Assembly (NCBI GenBank): GCA_946965045.2
Contig: OX337229.1
Span: forward strand, 1,612,001-1,676,000
Length of the DNA: 64,000 bases
Source of the DNA: Epithemia pelagica
Taxonomy: Eukaryota > Protista > Bacillariophyta
Direction: 5' to 3'
Below the pieces are notes generated by a model. The model was given only the letters and a program-made list of their open reading frames with translations. It did no database searches and was not told where the DNA came from. Every line of letters starts with the position of its first letter. Position 1 is the first letter of the stretch. The translations under genes were made by a program, and so were the position numbers. Below, in pieces: positions 22,694 through 34,222 of the stretch.

Positions 22694-25600
22694 ATGACGT
22701 TGTGGAATCGGCTTGTTCGAGGTTGCTGCCTAGCAGCCGTCTTACCATGGAACAGCCTTGTTGTCGTAGCTCCAGTGGACGCCAAAGATGGTAGCAGTCG
22801 TCTTGGTTGGTTTCGCCCCTTTGGTCGTCGGGCAGTGGTCGGTTCCTCCCCCAAGGAGGATGGAATGGTTTGGAATCCTCTCCTTCCTCCACATGGCGGC
22901 GCCGGCAGTGGCCGTCGAACTCGTGTCCTGGCGGAAAATGAACAAGAAACGTCTTCCATGAAGGTTGCCGAACCATTGGCCAGCGCCGGCGTCGATTTGT
23001 TTCGAGATGAACCACTGACGGCCGATTTGGATTTGTTGTCCACCATTTTGAGTGATTTGGTGAATCGAGAAGATGCCGATGCGCATGATTTGTACGAGAA
23101 GTTTCGGGAATTGGGATTGGAACGAGCGCAAGATTTGGACAATCCGAAACCCTTGCAAGAAATGGTGGCGGCAGCGGCCAAGTTGTCGGCCAAACAGATG
23201 GTGGGGGTGGTACGGACCTTTTCCATCATGCTCAACATTGTCAACTCGGCCGAAGTGCATCATCGCTTCCGCATCTTGCACAAATTCATGGCGGAAGATA
23301 GTGAGTCGCAGAATTCGGAGGATCCCTTGCCCAATGTCGAAGATTCCATTCGAGGAACCATTCATGCCTTACTGCGACCCAACGGTGCCACACCCGAACA
23401 AATCTACCAGCAGCTCCTGAATCAAAAGGTGGAAATTGTCTTGACGGCCCATCCCACACAAGTTCAACGAAAATCGTTGCTTAAGAAATATCGTGAAGTC
23501 TCGGAAAATTTAGGACGTTTGGAACGGGCCGATATGGATGGGTACGGCAAGGCCGAAACCAAGCGCACCTTGCAACGAGTCATTTCCAGTATTTGGGGTG
23601 CCGATGAAATTCGTCGACAGAAACCAACACCCCAGCAAGAGGCTGCAGCTGGATGTGCCATCGTGGAGTCGGTTCTTTGGGAAGCTGTCCCAGGTTATCT
23701 TCGCAAGCTCAATGAACAATGTCGCATGTCTTTGGGGAAGAGTCTCCCCATTGATGTGTCACCCATTCATTTCGCCTCCTGGATCGGAGGTGACCGAGAT
23801 GGGAATCCCAATGTCACACCCTTGGTAACCAAAGAAGTGGCCTTGCAACAACGTTTGAGAGCCTCACGGCTGCTGATTCGTGATTTGTACAGTCTTCAAG
23901 CCGATTTGGCCATTTCGTCACGATTCTCGCCGGAAATGGCAGAGTTGGCGGCCACCATTCCGGATTCACGTCATGAAACGGAATTGTACCGTCGTGTGCT
24001 TGGACATTTGATTCAACGCCTCATTAAAGCAGCACGCGAATATGAAGGACAAATCACGGCGCTTTCCACATCCGTCCCGATTGCCGCCGAACAGGCGACG
24101 GGTGTGGAAGATTTTCTTGTGGATGGCTGGCAAAATGTCGAGCCTCTCTACGACACTGAAGATTTAATGCGTCCACTCAAAATCATTTATGATTCCCTGG
24201 TCCAAACTGGCTTTGAACTCGTCGCCGATGGTTTGTTGGTGGACATTATCCGTCGATTGACTGTCTTTGGTTTGTCGTTCTTGCGATTGGACATTCGCGA
24301 AGAAAGCACTCGTCATACAATGGCATTGGATGCTATTACGAAATATTTGGACCTTGGTTCCTATGAGGAATGGTCGGAAGAAGACAGAATTGTATGGCTT
24401 GTATCGGAGCTGGCAAGCAAACGACCTTTGATTCGTATTGACTCGATCGACAAGTGCGATTTCGACCCTTTGGTAGTTACAACACTTCAGACATTTGAGA
24501 CGGCCTCCAATCTTAAACCTTCGGATCTCGGAGCCTATGTCATTTCTCAGGCGCAAACTGTCAGTGACGTCCTAGCTGTCATGTTGTTACAGAAACAGTT
24601 TGGCATGACGGCGGAGAATGGAAACATGATGCGAGTTGTCCCCCTCTTTGAAACCCTGGATGACTTGACGAATGCCCCAGATGTATTGAACACCTTATTT
24701 TCGATTGAATCGTACGTCAAAGCCGTGAAAGGGAAGCAAGAGGTGATGGTCGGTTACAGTGATAGTGCCAAAGATGCTGGTCGTTTAGCTGCTTGTTGGG
24801 CACAGTACAATTCTCAGGAACTCATGGCGCAATGCGCCGCCTCTCATGGTATTGAGCTCACATTTTTCCATGGTAAAGGCGGTACCGTTGGTCGTGGTGG
24901 TAATCCATCCGTGTATCGGGCCATTATGTCGCATCCACCCGATACAATCAATGGTCGTTTCCGGGTCACGGAGCAAGGAGAAATGATTACGCAAAACTTT
25001 GGTGCCACATCTATTGCGGAACGCACACTGGATATTTACACTTCAGCCGTTTGTCGGGAAGCTTTTGTGAAGCACGTGAACCCCTCACAAGAGTGGAGAG
25101 ACCAAATGGCCAAAATCTCGGATCGAAGTTGTTCTGGTTACCGCCACATGGTACGAGAAGAACCTCGGTTCGTCCCCTACTTTCGCCAGGCGACTCCGGA
25201 ATTGGAATTGGGCAGTTTGAACATTGGTAGTCGACCGGCCAAGCGCAAGCCCAAGGGTGGCATTGAAAGCCTTCGCGCCATCCCATGGACATTTGCATGG
25301 GCTCAAACTCGCATGCATCTTTCGGCATGGCTGGGAGTTGGCGATGGTTTGCGACACCAAGACGAAAAGGAATTGGAAGTCATGCGAGATATGTACAAGG
25401 AATGGCCCTGGTTCCGTGAGACAATCGACTTGATTGCCATGATTTTGAGTAAGACAGACTTTAGCATGAACAAGAACTACGATGCGCAGCTCGTCAATGG
25501 TGCAGATGAACGAGTTCTCGGTGAAGAGGTTCGAGACAAGTTAGTACAAACGCGTCAAGCTGTGTTGGACGTGACTGAATCACAAGACTATGCCGGTAGT

Positions 25601-25810
25601 CACACAGCACTTATGCGTGCTTCCACACGCATTCGACACCCCTACGTAGACCCAGTCAATGTCATTCAAGCAGAGGTTCTCAAACGTGTCCGTGCATTGG
25701 ACTTGCGAGATGACTTGAGTTCGGAAGAGACGGAAGAGTTGGAAACACTGCGAGATGCAGTTGTCCTTAGTGTTAATGCGATTGCTCAGGGAATGAGAAA
25801 CAGCGGGTAA
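22694..25810 (+). CDS. ppc: Phosphoenolpyruvate carboxylase with N-terminal signal peptide
   Basis: VLTAHPTQ, WIGGDRDGNP, QEVMVGYSDSAKDAG, FHGKGGTVGRGG, SLRAIPW, C-terminal GMRNSG. Confidence 0.98.
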   Translation: MTLWNRLVRGCCLAAVLPWNSLVVVAPVDAKDGSSRLGWFRPFGRRAVVGSSPKEDGMVWNPLLPPHGGAGSGRRTRVLAENEQETSSMKVAEPLASAGVDLFRDEPLTADLDLLSTILSDLVNREDADAHDLYEKFRELGLERAQDLDNPKPLQEMVAAAAKLSAKQMVGVVRTFSIMLNIVNSAEVHHRFRILHKFMAEDSESQNSEDPLPNVEDSIRGTIHALLRPNGATPEQIYQQLLNQKVEIVLTAHPTQVQRKSLLKKYREVSENLGRLERADMDGYGKAETKRTLQRVISSIWGADEIRRQKPTPQQEAAAGCAIVESVLWEAVPGYLRKLNEQCRMSLGKSLPIDVSPIHFASWIGGDRDGNPNVTPLVTKEVALQQRLRASRLLIRDLYSLQADLAISSRFSPEMAELAATIPDSRHETELYRRVLGHLIQRLIKAAREYEGQITALSTSVPIAAEQATGVEDFLVDGWQNVEPLYDTEDLMRPLKIIYDSLVQTGFELVADGLLVDIIRRLTVFGLSFLRLDIREESTRHTMALDAITKYLDLGSYEEWSEEDRIVWLVSELASKRPLIRIDSIDKCDFDPLVVTTLQTFETASNLKPSDLGAYVISQAQTVSDVLAVMLLQKQFGMTAENGNMMRVVPLFETLDDLTNAPDVLNTLFSIESYVKAVKGKQEVMVGYSDSAKDAGRLAACWAQYNSQELMAQCAASHGIELTFFHGKGGTVGRGGNPSVYRAIMSHPPDTINGRFRVTEQGEMITQNFGATSIAERTLDIYTSAVCREAFVKHVNPSQEWRDQMAKISDRSCSGYRHMVREEPRFVPYFRQATPELELGSLNIGSRPAKRKPKGGIESLRAIPWTFAWAQTRMHLSAWLGVGDGLRHQDEKELEVMRDMYKEWPWFRETIDLIAMILSKTDFSMNKNYDAQLVNGADERVLGEEVRDKLVQTRQAVLDVTESQDYAGSHTALMRASTRIRHPYVDPVNVIQAEVLKRVRALDLRDDLSSEETEELETLRDAVVLSVNAIAQGMRNSG

Positions 25811-25898
25811 AAACTCAAACGAAGGATTTTCTGTTATCAAAGATCGACGAATGTTTACAATACACACACTGATATGTAAAAAACCGAATTTTATCGTA

Positions 25899-27617
25899 TT
25901 AATGAGATTCTTTCTTAGGACGCGATTCTCTCTTAGGAAGAGATGTTTTCTTCGCCTGTTCACGCGCAAGCTTTGCGAGATAGGGTTTCATTTCCTGTTT
26001 CCTGTTGGTTTGTCTTTGATAAGCGAGCGTCAACTTGTCCGATACGAATTCATGCAAGCTTTCTAGTTCCTTTACAGAAGGGGTTGGCCATGCTTGGGGA
26101 TACCATGGACCTGATTGTTCACAAACTGTATCGGCCGTCTTGCCGCCATTGGATGGCTCCCACAAAACACTGGGTTCCGTACCGTATCCAGGTGGAATAA
26201 CGGATGATCCTGGACCATAGCGTAGACTGTATCGACGATAAATCGGGGGATCCTCGGCAACCTCATTCTCTTGCCGTCTTTGATTCAAGAATGTTTCAGA
26301 AAAGGCAATGGTACGGTGGAACATCCATCGTTCATGAAAAATGACATCCCCTCGTTTTACTGGATAAACACGTTTGGTTTCTTCCATACGACGATGCAAA
26401 TGCGGTGCCGATGTAACAAGGTTGCACGTTCCTGATCCAGTTCGTCTTTGTATCATATCACGTGCGGAAAGAAATCCTTCTGGAGGACTTGTGGTACTTG
26501 CTCCAGTGACAAAATGTGCCTCGTCCTTCCACGAGGCTTCGTGGGAACCCACTGCCACGGCAAATCCACCACCATTCTCCAGGGGCATACTGTAGAGCAA
26601 GAAAAAGGGTTGTGAGTAGTGAGTAATACCTTAACCCAACCATGAACCAAACAACCGTCAAAGGAAAGAGCAATGACGAACGTACTCATCCAGGGCAATC
26701 CAAGCATTAATCCCCAAAGAGTCAGGCGTCGCAGGCCAAAATCCAAAGTCGTCGACGTGCCAACCACACACGTATGGATCGTCATCTTTGGCCAAAAAGA
26801 TGTCACGAATCAAGCGAAGTGTTTCCTTGTTTGATTCACTGTCGTCATTGGTAGTACTGTTGTGGTTGGCGTGGAGGAGAAGTGCCGCCACGTGAGGAAC
26901 CAGAGAATCCACTGCCACATTCAAGAAGGGAGGCAACGTTTCGCCCAAACTCGTCTCCTGATCCTCCATGGTCGTGAATTGCGGCGGATCAAGAAACACA
27001 ACACCATGGTTGGAGGTGAAGAATTGAGTACCATTCCGCCGTCGGTAGCTTTTGTCACCACGTCTCAATTTAGTGGATACTAGTTGCTCTTGTACAATGA
27101 TACGGCTCGCTTTATCCAAACGATCCAATAGTGGCTGATCAATCAGCCCCCGCACTGCGACAACTCCATCCTTCATGTAAGCTGCTTTCACTGTGTCCAA
27201 GTTTTCCAACGACGAAAACTGGTGAATTACGGGAGGATCAAGCTGAGGAATAGGACCCAGCTGTCGGTAAAGCTTGTCCTCTGGCGACCATCCGAAAAAC
27301 GGAAATGAAAGAGCCAACGATCCATCCTCGCTCTCATGCAGAGACAGGGAAAAGAAAAGTGCAACAACGAAAATTAACAACGAGAATCCCAATGCTGCCG
27401 GTGAATCACCAAGAATGGCAATGGATGACAACCATTGATGAACCAATGTGTCTTCCTCTTCCTTATCCTCATACTCTTGATCGTCATCGTCCTCCTCATC
27501 GTCATTGTCTTCTTCTTCCTCCTCCCCCTCGTCTTCTTCTTCCTCCTCCTCCGTTTCTCCTTCTACTTCATCCAGTTTGGAATCATCCTTCTCTTCAGCC
27601 TGTCTCCTTGCCGCCAT
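25899..27617 (-). CDS. Phytanoyl-CoA dioxygenase (PhyH)-family 2OG-Fe(II) oxygenase with acidic N-terminus and TM segment, 2 exons (27617-26686, 26589-25899)
   Basis: GWHVDD, NAWIALD|DMP, GFAVAVGSH, GDVIFHERWMFHRT, RYSLRY; intron 26590-26685. Confidence 0.85.
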
Positions 27618-27819
27618 GATGGTGTAAAAGTCGTCGAGTTAAGACGAGAATAAAATGGGTCCATCAACAAATTCCAATGAAGAGGGAAAGTCATTGAAAT
27701 CGCGTTTAAGTCGCTCCCAACTTCGGAACCATCAAATCACGTTTGGATTTCAGCTCCGCGTTGTGGACAATGTAAAACAAAGGAGAGATCAACTCCCCCA
27801 TGTTTGTATGATCAAGGTC

Positions 27820-29694
27820 ATGACATCCCTTGTACGGCGTCGGCGTGGACTTCCTGCATCTCCGAATGATTCTAGTCGCCGCGATGACCGCAAGAACATA
27901 AATACACGGGAAGAAGCTCGATTGTCGGATAAAGATAAAGAGTCGTCCCGAGAGCAGTCGTCTGGGACATCGTTCACGGTAGAACATGAAGGGAACATTC
28001 CGCCTTTGGCGTATGGATTTGCCAAATGGATCATTCTTCGCACGGTCGGGGCAATATACTTTTTTGCGTTCCTCGGAGCATGGTATCAAAACATTGGTTT
28101 AATGGGACAATATGGTCTCATGCCGGCTCAAGAACACTGGGAAACTCGTATTCAAAGACAGTATTCCTCTCCGTGGAATGGATTCATGAATCATCCTAGC
28201 ATCTTTTGGTGGATTCCCCTCAACGATTCCTCACTTTTGAGTGTCTACGGTTGTGGAGTCCTTGTCTCGTCCCTGAGTCTTTTCTTGAGCATCAACTCGT
28301 GGCTACTCCAGTTGATCTTGTGGCTTTTGTACTTTTCGGTTGTTACCTCAGCTGAAGGAACTACATTTTATGCCTATGGTTGGGAATCGCAATTGCTAGA
28401 AACTGGATTTTTGACCATTTTCCTTTGCGCTCTACCGCACGTGAATAGAGGTCGCTTGAATTGCTGTTTCTGGGAACCGATTGGTAGTCGTCGTCGAGGA
28501 CAAGAAGATGAAGAACACGTTGCACCTTCCTATTGGATCCTATGGTTGTTTCGGTGGCTATGCTTTCGGATCAATATTGGTGCTGGTCTCATCAAGATTC
28601 GAGGATCGTCGTGTTGGGCCGAAAAGACTTGCTTGTATTATCATTTTGAAACCCAACCCATTCCATCTCCACTCTCCTTTGTATACCATTTTCTTCCCCG
28701 ATACGTACAGAGCCGAATGGTGGATATTGACCTTGTGGTTCAACTCTATACGAGCTTTTTTGTCCTCTTGCCTACATGGATACCTTTTTCATGGTTGTGG
28801 ACTACTTTCAGTCGTTGGGTTGTGCGAATTGGAGGCTTTGTACAATCTGGTTTTATGGTGGGCATTATTCTCAGTGGCAACTTTGCCTTTTTGAACCACC
28901 TGACCATCGTCCCGGCATTGGCTTGTTTAGATGATGACTGTTGGCCAGCCTTCCTTGTACGTTGGTCGCAGTCGTCCAACCCTGCCGACGGCCAACCTCG
29001 CCGACGTGTCTTGCTGCGGAATGTTCTCGATGCCATCCTTCTTTTCTATATTTGCTACCTGTCATCCCCTGTTGTTTCCAACCTTTTGCAGCTGGATGGG
29101 AAACATCAAGTAATGAATGCAAGTTTTGATCCATTTCGATTGGTCAATACCTATGGTGCCTTTGGAAGTGTCGGTGAACGACGTTACGAGCCCATTGTCA
29201 TGATTAGCGACGACGGTGAATATTGGATCGAGCTGGAATTTCCTTGCAAACCAGGAAATGTCACTCGTCGACCTTGCTTTTGTGCACCTTACCACTATCG
29301 AGTGGACTGGAACATTTGGTTTCTGGGATTCAAACCTCACAGAATGTACCTCGAACGAAGGGAATTCTGGCTGTACAAATTGTTGGAACGACTGCTCGAA
29401 GGGGGACGAACTTCTCAAAACAAACCACGTCCGTGGCTCAACCTGCTCGAGGGATCGTCCGCAAATATGCTATTGACAAAGTACTATCAAAATGGACATG
29501 CTCCTCGATTCGCCAAGGTCGAAATGTACCATTACCACATGGCCGGGTCGCTGTCAAACATCTTGTATCGAGAATGGGAGGAAGGGGGTGCGACTTGGTG
29601 GAACCGTCGGTTTGAAGAAACTCTTATTCCTCCGGTCCGACTCATGAACGGTAAACTAGGATATGCGAGCATTGATGAGGAAGGAGCTTCTTAG
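27820..29694 (+). CDS. LMF: Lipase maturation factor family protein (start uncertain: 27655, 27808 or 27820)
   Basis: YGWESQLLETGFL, LFRWLCFRINIGAGLIKIRG, YHFETQPIP, SGNFAFLNHLTI, NTYGAFGSV, PYHYRVDWNIWF. Confidence 0.93.
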   Translation: MTSLVRRRRGLPASPNDSSRRDDRKNINTREEARLSDKDKESSREQSSGTSFTVEHEGNIPPLAYGFAKWIILRTVGAIYFFAFLGAWYQNIGLMGQYGLMPAQEHWETRIQRQYSSPWNGFMNHPSIFWWIPLNDSSLLSVYGCGVLVSSLSLFLSINSWLLQLILWLLYFSVVTSAEGTTFYAYGWESQLLETGFLTIFLCALPHVNRGRLNCCFWEPIGSRRRGQEDEEHVAPSYWILWLFRWLCFRINIGAGLIKIRGSSCWAEKTCLYYHFETQPIPSPLSFVYHFLPRYVQSRMVDIDLVVQLYTSFFVLLPTWIPFSWLWTTFSRWVVRIGGFVQSGFMVGIILSGNFAFLNHLTIVPALACLDDDCWPAFLVRWSQSSNPADGQPRRRVLLRNVLDAILLFYICYLSSPVVSNLLQLDGKHQVMNASFDPFRLVNTYGAFGSVGERRYEPIVMISDDGEYWIELEFPCKPGNVTRRPCFCAPYHYRVDWNIWFLGFKPHRMYLERREFWLYKLLERLLEGGRTSQNKPRPWLNLLEGSSANMLLTKYYQNGHAPRFAKVEMYHYHMAGSLSNILYREWEEGGATWWNRRFEETLIPPVRLMNGKLGYASIDEEGAS

Positions 29695-30161
29695 ACTTGA
29701 AGGTACGAACCTTTTCATCACTACAGCAGAAGCAAATGATCTCTTTGTTGTTTTGAAAGGATGCAAGCTTTGCCTTCCGTGCAGTGTACAGGAACAATCT
29801 TCAACTTGTTCACTGAGCAAGCAAGCCATGCACTCGGTCATGTATGAACAGGGACAGTAGACGATGCAAATCTCTGCATCATCAATCGTTGACACCGAAA
29901 ACAGTTGACATGCTCCATATAGCAGCATCTTGTGTCGCCCATGCCCCTTCTCAACGAACACAATTTTTCTGAATTCAGAGTGAAATAGGAAGGCTGTGAA
30001 ATTGTGAGCAATCCATGCCTTAACCTATAAAGAGTCGTGGTAGCCCAGTGTGGCCAGGCTCCACCAATTAAGAGCCTAGCGGAATCCGCCGATGGGAGGT
30101 CTCCGGAGACCTTCCGTATTCTAGTGGGTTGTTTTGTTTTTGTAGTTGGAATCCATCCAAG

Positions 30162-31427
30162 CTACGGCTGAGAGATCTGGATTTCAGCAGGTATGGGGAT
30201 TCTAGCTTGTCTTTCTGCCATGTATGCGAGGTATCGTTGAGCTTCAAGCTCGTCTTCACTTGTCCAATCTTCGACCGGTGGGCAGCCAGGAAGCAAACGT
30301 TCCCCCAGTTGGCTTGATGCAACAACCGCGGACTTCATTAACAGTAACGTCGGATCCGGTGCCAGATGGTCAAAGTTTGAGTCGCCTGTCTCGTCTGTCG
30401 CTCGAAATGTGACCTTTGCAACCTTTGCAAGGTGGCCTTTACTTGAGCCAAAGACAGGCACGGTGATTTTACCGTCTTGGATTTTGTCAAACGTTGAAAG
30501 AAGCTCTTCTTTGTACGTCGCTGATTCTTCGAAATGTTCTCTTGGTTTCTGGCTCATGGAAAAAGCAAGCGCCTTCATCGCTTGCGCCAACAAGTAGGTA
30601 GCGGCTTCAATCTCTTGATCTTCACATTTTGGCAATTTAAGTGTTAATGCTATGCCTAGAACAACTGCAGAAACAGGGATATCCCCATTTGCACCATCGT
30701 ATTCCGAGACAAGCACCATCGCATCGTATCCATTTCCTTGATCCCAGTTTCGAAGGAAGTCGGTGTTAACCAGTGGAATGATCAAGACACACGGGTATTT
30801 GTCGAAATAGTTGCCTTGACCCTGCAATCTGATACGGTTGTACACACTGCGTTTGAGAGCGCTTTCCGAAACTTCTTCCGCATTCTTCGTCTTTTTGAAC
30901 CCGTTGATGACCATTTTTCGACGTTTCTTTTCCATTGCTTCAGGACTGGATTTAAGTCGCTTGGACCACCTCGTGGTTGGCATCTCGATTGGTTTCAAAG
31001 GAAGGACCCACGTTCCCACATCATCAAAGTACAATGCACATTTTGGTGAATTTGGGATAAGATGCGCAATTTCACCAACGCGCTTGTTGCCAAAAATATC
31101 GCGTGGAAAAAGATCAAATGCAGAAGCGATGGTAGAATCTTCTGTATCCGCCATGTGAAAACGCCTGATGTCTGTGCCATTCGCATTTTCTAGCTTTTCT
31201 GCAATCCCACCGTAACACTTTGGTCTGCAAGTTCTGCAAAATGCGTTCGCATCGTTCGAACAGAATGTTTGTCTCTCGGTCACAAACAAGTCTTGAAAAG
31301 TGCTATAATAGGAGCCATTTTGCAAACTTTCTGCTTCTTGTTGCTGTTGTTGCAGTTGTATCGCTATTTCTTGTTGCTGTTGTTGCAGTTGTATCGCTGA
31401 TACTTGATACTTGGAAAGCTCTTTCAT
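30162..31427 (-). CDS. Intronless 421-aa protein with poly-Q coiled N-terminus and HNH-endonuclease-like motifs
   Basis: GEIAHLIP...YNRIRLQGQGNYFD resembles the AH[IL]xP...NxxxL...FD pattern of HNH_2/Crinkler-type domains. Assignment is by eye only. Confidence 0.45.
   Translation of the reverse strand: MKELSKYQVSAIQLQQQQQEIAIQLQQQQQEAESLQNGSYYSTFQDLFVTERQTFCSNDANAFCRTCRPKCYGGIAEKLENANGTDIRRFHMADTEDSTIASAFDLFPRDIFGNKRVGEIAHLIPNSPKCALYFDDVGTWVLPLKPIEMPTTRWSKRLKSSPEAMEKKRRKMVINGFKKTKNAEEVSESALKRSVYNRIRLQGQGNYFDKYPCVLIIPLVNTDFLRNWDQGNGYDAMVLVSEYDGANGDIPVSAVVLGIALTLKLPKCEDQEIEAATYLLAQAMKALAFSMSQKPREHFEESATYKEELLSTFDKIQDGKITVPVFGSSKGHLAKVAKVTFRATDETGDSNFDHLAPDPTLLLMKSAVVASSQLGERLLPGCPPVEDWTSEDELEAQRYLAYMAERQARIPIPAEIQISQP
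31335..31398. repeat. 33-bp tandem duplication encoding AIQLQQQQQE twice
   Basis: TTCTTGTTGCTGTTGTTGCAGTTGTATCGCT occurs at 31335 and 31368. Confidence 0.9.
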
Positions 31428-31875
31428 AGTCCCGAGCCGCCTGGAATACCGTCGCGAGCTCTTGAAGTTGTTGTAACGTCAACTCCCCGCGACGCGCCTG
31501 ACACAATTGTTGACCAAGTTCGCCAGATAAGTCGGCCATTTGATTCGCTTGATGATGTGGAGTTTTAATGGAGATGGCCAGAACTGGGACACGCAAAATA
31601 ACGAGCCAACCATAGTCCCCAGCGGGGGTAATGTTAGTCGCAGGTGGGTCATATTCTAGGAAGCATTCCGAATGCGTATCGCTCAGTCCACTCACTTGCG
31701 CCCTGTACCTAGACTCACCGCTGCTTGGGGGTAGAGCCAACCAGAACCAGTGAGTGTTGGCGTGGCCGAGCCCCACGGCTACTCCTTCGGCTGCTCCAGG
31801 CACCCCCCAACTTCAACCCTATTGCCAACCAAACGTCACGACCATGAATGAGCATCCACAAATCCACTTTATGTC

Positions 31876-32655
31876 ATGTGGAATTGTGTATTGATTTTGA
31901 GTCTGTTTGGAGGCTCATCGTATGCTTTTCAATCAAGTTCACGGCCGACGTATCGAATTTTTGTCTCAGAAGACCAATGTCTTCGTTATCAACAGGGAAG
32001 AGTAAGACAGCGATTTCCCTTGGCAAGCTCAAGCCGTGAAGGGGTTGAGACTGAGAGACGTCAATTGAACCACAACGACATTGAATGGATACTGCGACCT
32101 TGGTCCAACATAGATCCTAGTATGTTGGAGCAGCTGAAGTCAATAACCGATCCGACCCCCTTTTTGGAATTCCCTTTACCGCCTGACGGGAGAGTTGTTC
32201 TCGAATCTTGGATCACGGACAACTCAAACACCAGGACAAAAATAGGACGCTTTGGGATTACGGCAAGACCTGGTCCGTCACACTCTGCAATTACCGATTC
32301 GATTCAAGAACTAATGGACAAGGATCTAACACCGCCGCTAAATGCTGGAGCAATAATATACATGTTCGTCGAAGAGGACTACCGAAAAAGGGGCATCGGA
32401 GAAATGGCTTTGCAAGTAATCAGCTGGATTCAAGCACAGGCTGGGTGTGGCTACACAATGTTGGTGGCGAATGACAACGGATCAGGAAAACTAGTGTCGT
32501 GGTATGAGGACCATGGATTTGCAAAAGCCCCTCTACTACAAAAGTTGCTTGGAAGTCCCGACGAAGTGTACGGTACAAGCATGATCGCACCAACATCAGC
32601 GGATTCAATATCAGAGAATTTCTCACTCAAGCAGGAGGCGGAAGCTCCTATTTGA
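31876..32655 (+). CDS. GNAT-family acetyltransferase, probably plastid-targeted
   Basis: Acetyl-CoA motif YMFVEEDYRKRGIG, KLVSWYEDHGF; presequence ending SYA|FQS. Confidence 0.85.
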   Translation: MWNCVLILSLFGGSSYAFQSSSRPTYRIFVSEDQCLRYQQGRVRQRFPLASSSREGVETERRQLNHNDIEWILRPWSNIDPSMLEQLKSITDPTPFLEFPLPPDGRVVLESWITDNSNTRTKIGRFGITARPGPSHSAITDSIQELMDKDLTPPLNAGAIIYMFVEEDYRKRGIGEMALQVISWIQAQAGCGYTMLVANDNGSGKLVSWYEDHGFAKAPLLQKLLGSPDEVYGTSMIAPTSADSISENFSLKQEAEAPI

Positions 32656-32780
32656 CGCATGAAACAAATCATCTCTTGAGAACAGAAAATGGGGACTAGG
32701 TAAAGAGAACATGCTATGATAGTAACAGACAGCTTGTCAGTACCTTCCTTCTGAACTCCCCAGTTCAGTCGAAGCAGAAA

Positions 32781-34222
32781 CTATGCTCCGTCTTGACCAA
32801 ATAGTTTCGTCCAATCTGTGAAGCGCTGGAGTTCGCTCTCCGAAACAGTTGATGTTGAATGCTTCATGACTGCCTCAAAATCTTTAACGCCCACCATTGG
32901 TGCTTTGAGCAAGTCTGGTGGGACATCCCACAAACTCATTCGCTTTGCACCGCAGTGGGGACAATCATAGTTTTTATTCGGGTCGTCACTTGAGAGTTTT
33001 GGAGGACATCGGCTGCAATTTGGGTATTTCTCACATGGATGGTAGAAACCGTCCGTATCAACAAAGAACTGTTTGGCCAATTGGCATTTCCGGAGAGGTT
33101 GCATCAGAGCCTCTTTCACGAGAACCTTAATGTCGGACCCACTGGCACCCTCAGTGAGTTCTCCAAGTTTTTCAAAATCCTCTTCCGTCATATTGTTTGG
33201 AGTATCACCCAAGTGCAACTTCACCATGTACGTCCGTGATTCTGCTTCTGGCAACGGAATGTAAACACGCTTTTCGAATCGACGACGAATGGCAGCATCC
33301 AGCTCCCACGGAATATTAGTTGCTCCAAGAACAAGTACCTGTCCATCTTCCTTACCCACGCCATCCATCTGGACAAGGAATTCTGTTTTAACACGACGAA
33401 GGGAGTCCGATTCACCCTCGCTTCGACTTCCACATAGAGAGTCGACTTCATCAAGAAAAATAATGGCCCTTCCGCCCTCCGATTCTCGTGCCATTTCGAA
33501 AAGGTTTCGAACCAAACGTTCCGATTCGCCCTGCCATTTCGAGATCAAGTCCGCACTACTAACGGAGAAAAATGTTGAGTCGGCCTCAGTCGCAACTGCT
33601 TTGGCTAGGTATGACTTCCCGGTACCAGGAGGACCATAGAGAAGAATACCTTTGAATGGTTTCCTTTTCCCAGTGAAAAGTTGTGGGAACCTGGTCGGCA
33701 AAATGACAGTCTGCAAGGGACGATGAATGTTAGGCGAACGAAAACTGTGTTCCATCGGATGCTTCCTATCACATCTCGTCGGTTTCACATGCAAACACCA
33801 CGACTCACCTCCTTCAATGATTCTTTGGCATTTTCAAGACCGGCGACATCATCCCACGTAACATTAGGCTTCTCTGAGACGATGGAAGATGCAAGAGCTC
33901 CTCTGAGTTTCTTTGTTTCGGCATCAACGTCATCCTCACCGTCGCCCTTGCTTTTGGTCGCAGATCCACCGCCGCCACCCTTGTCCAGCTCATTTTGTTT
34001 CTTCAGATAATCCGAGAGCTCTTCAGCCCGCTTCATATAGCCTTCAACACGGTCCAAGACAAGTTTCTTTCGTGCTTCATTCTTCTCATACTTCAATCCC
34101 ATTGTGAATCGAGCCAACGCATCACGATACAGTGCAAGCGCTTTCTCAATATCGCCTTCTCCATCCGCTTGGATGGCTTTTTGAACAATCTCAATTCCTT
34201 GAGGTATCAAAGAATTCTCCAT
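32781..34222 (-). CDS. VPS4: VPS4/SKD1 AAA ATPase with MIT domain, 2 exons (34222-33809, 33710-32781)
   Basis: MIT N-terminus, WDDVAGLENAKESLKE|TVILP, Walker A GPPGTGKS, Walker B IIFLDEVD, FTDWTKLFGQDG; intron 33711-33808. Confidence 0.97.

Noticed and set aside
27655-27819. LMF N-terminal extension from ATG 27655
   Set aside because: It would leave only 37 bp to the divergent PhyH start; a downstream ATG is more plausible.
31303-31803. Independent 166-aa gene
   Set aside because: Overlaps the 30162-31427 ORF in another frame and has no recognisable motif; kept only as context.
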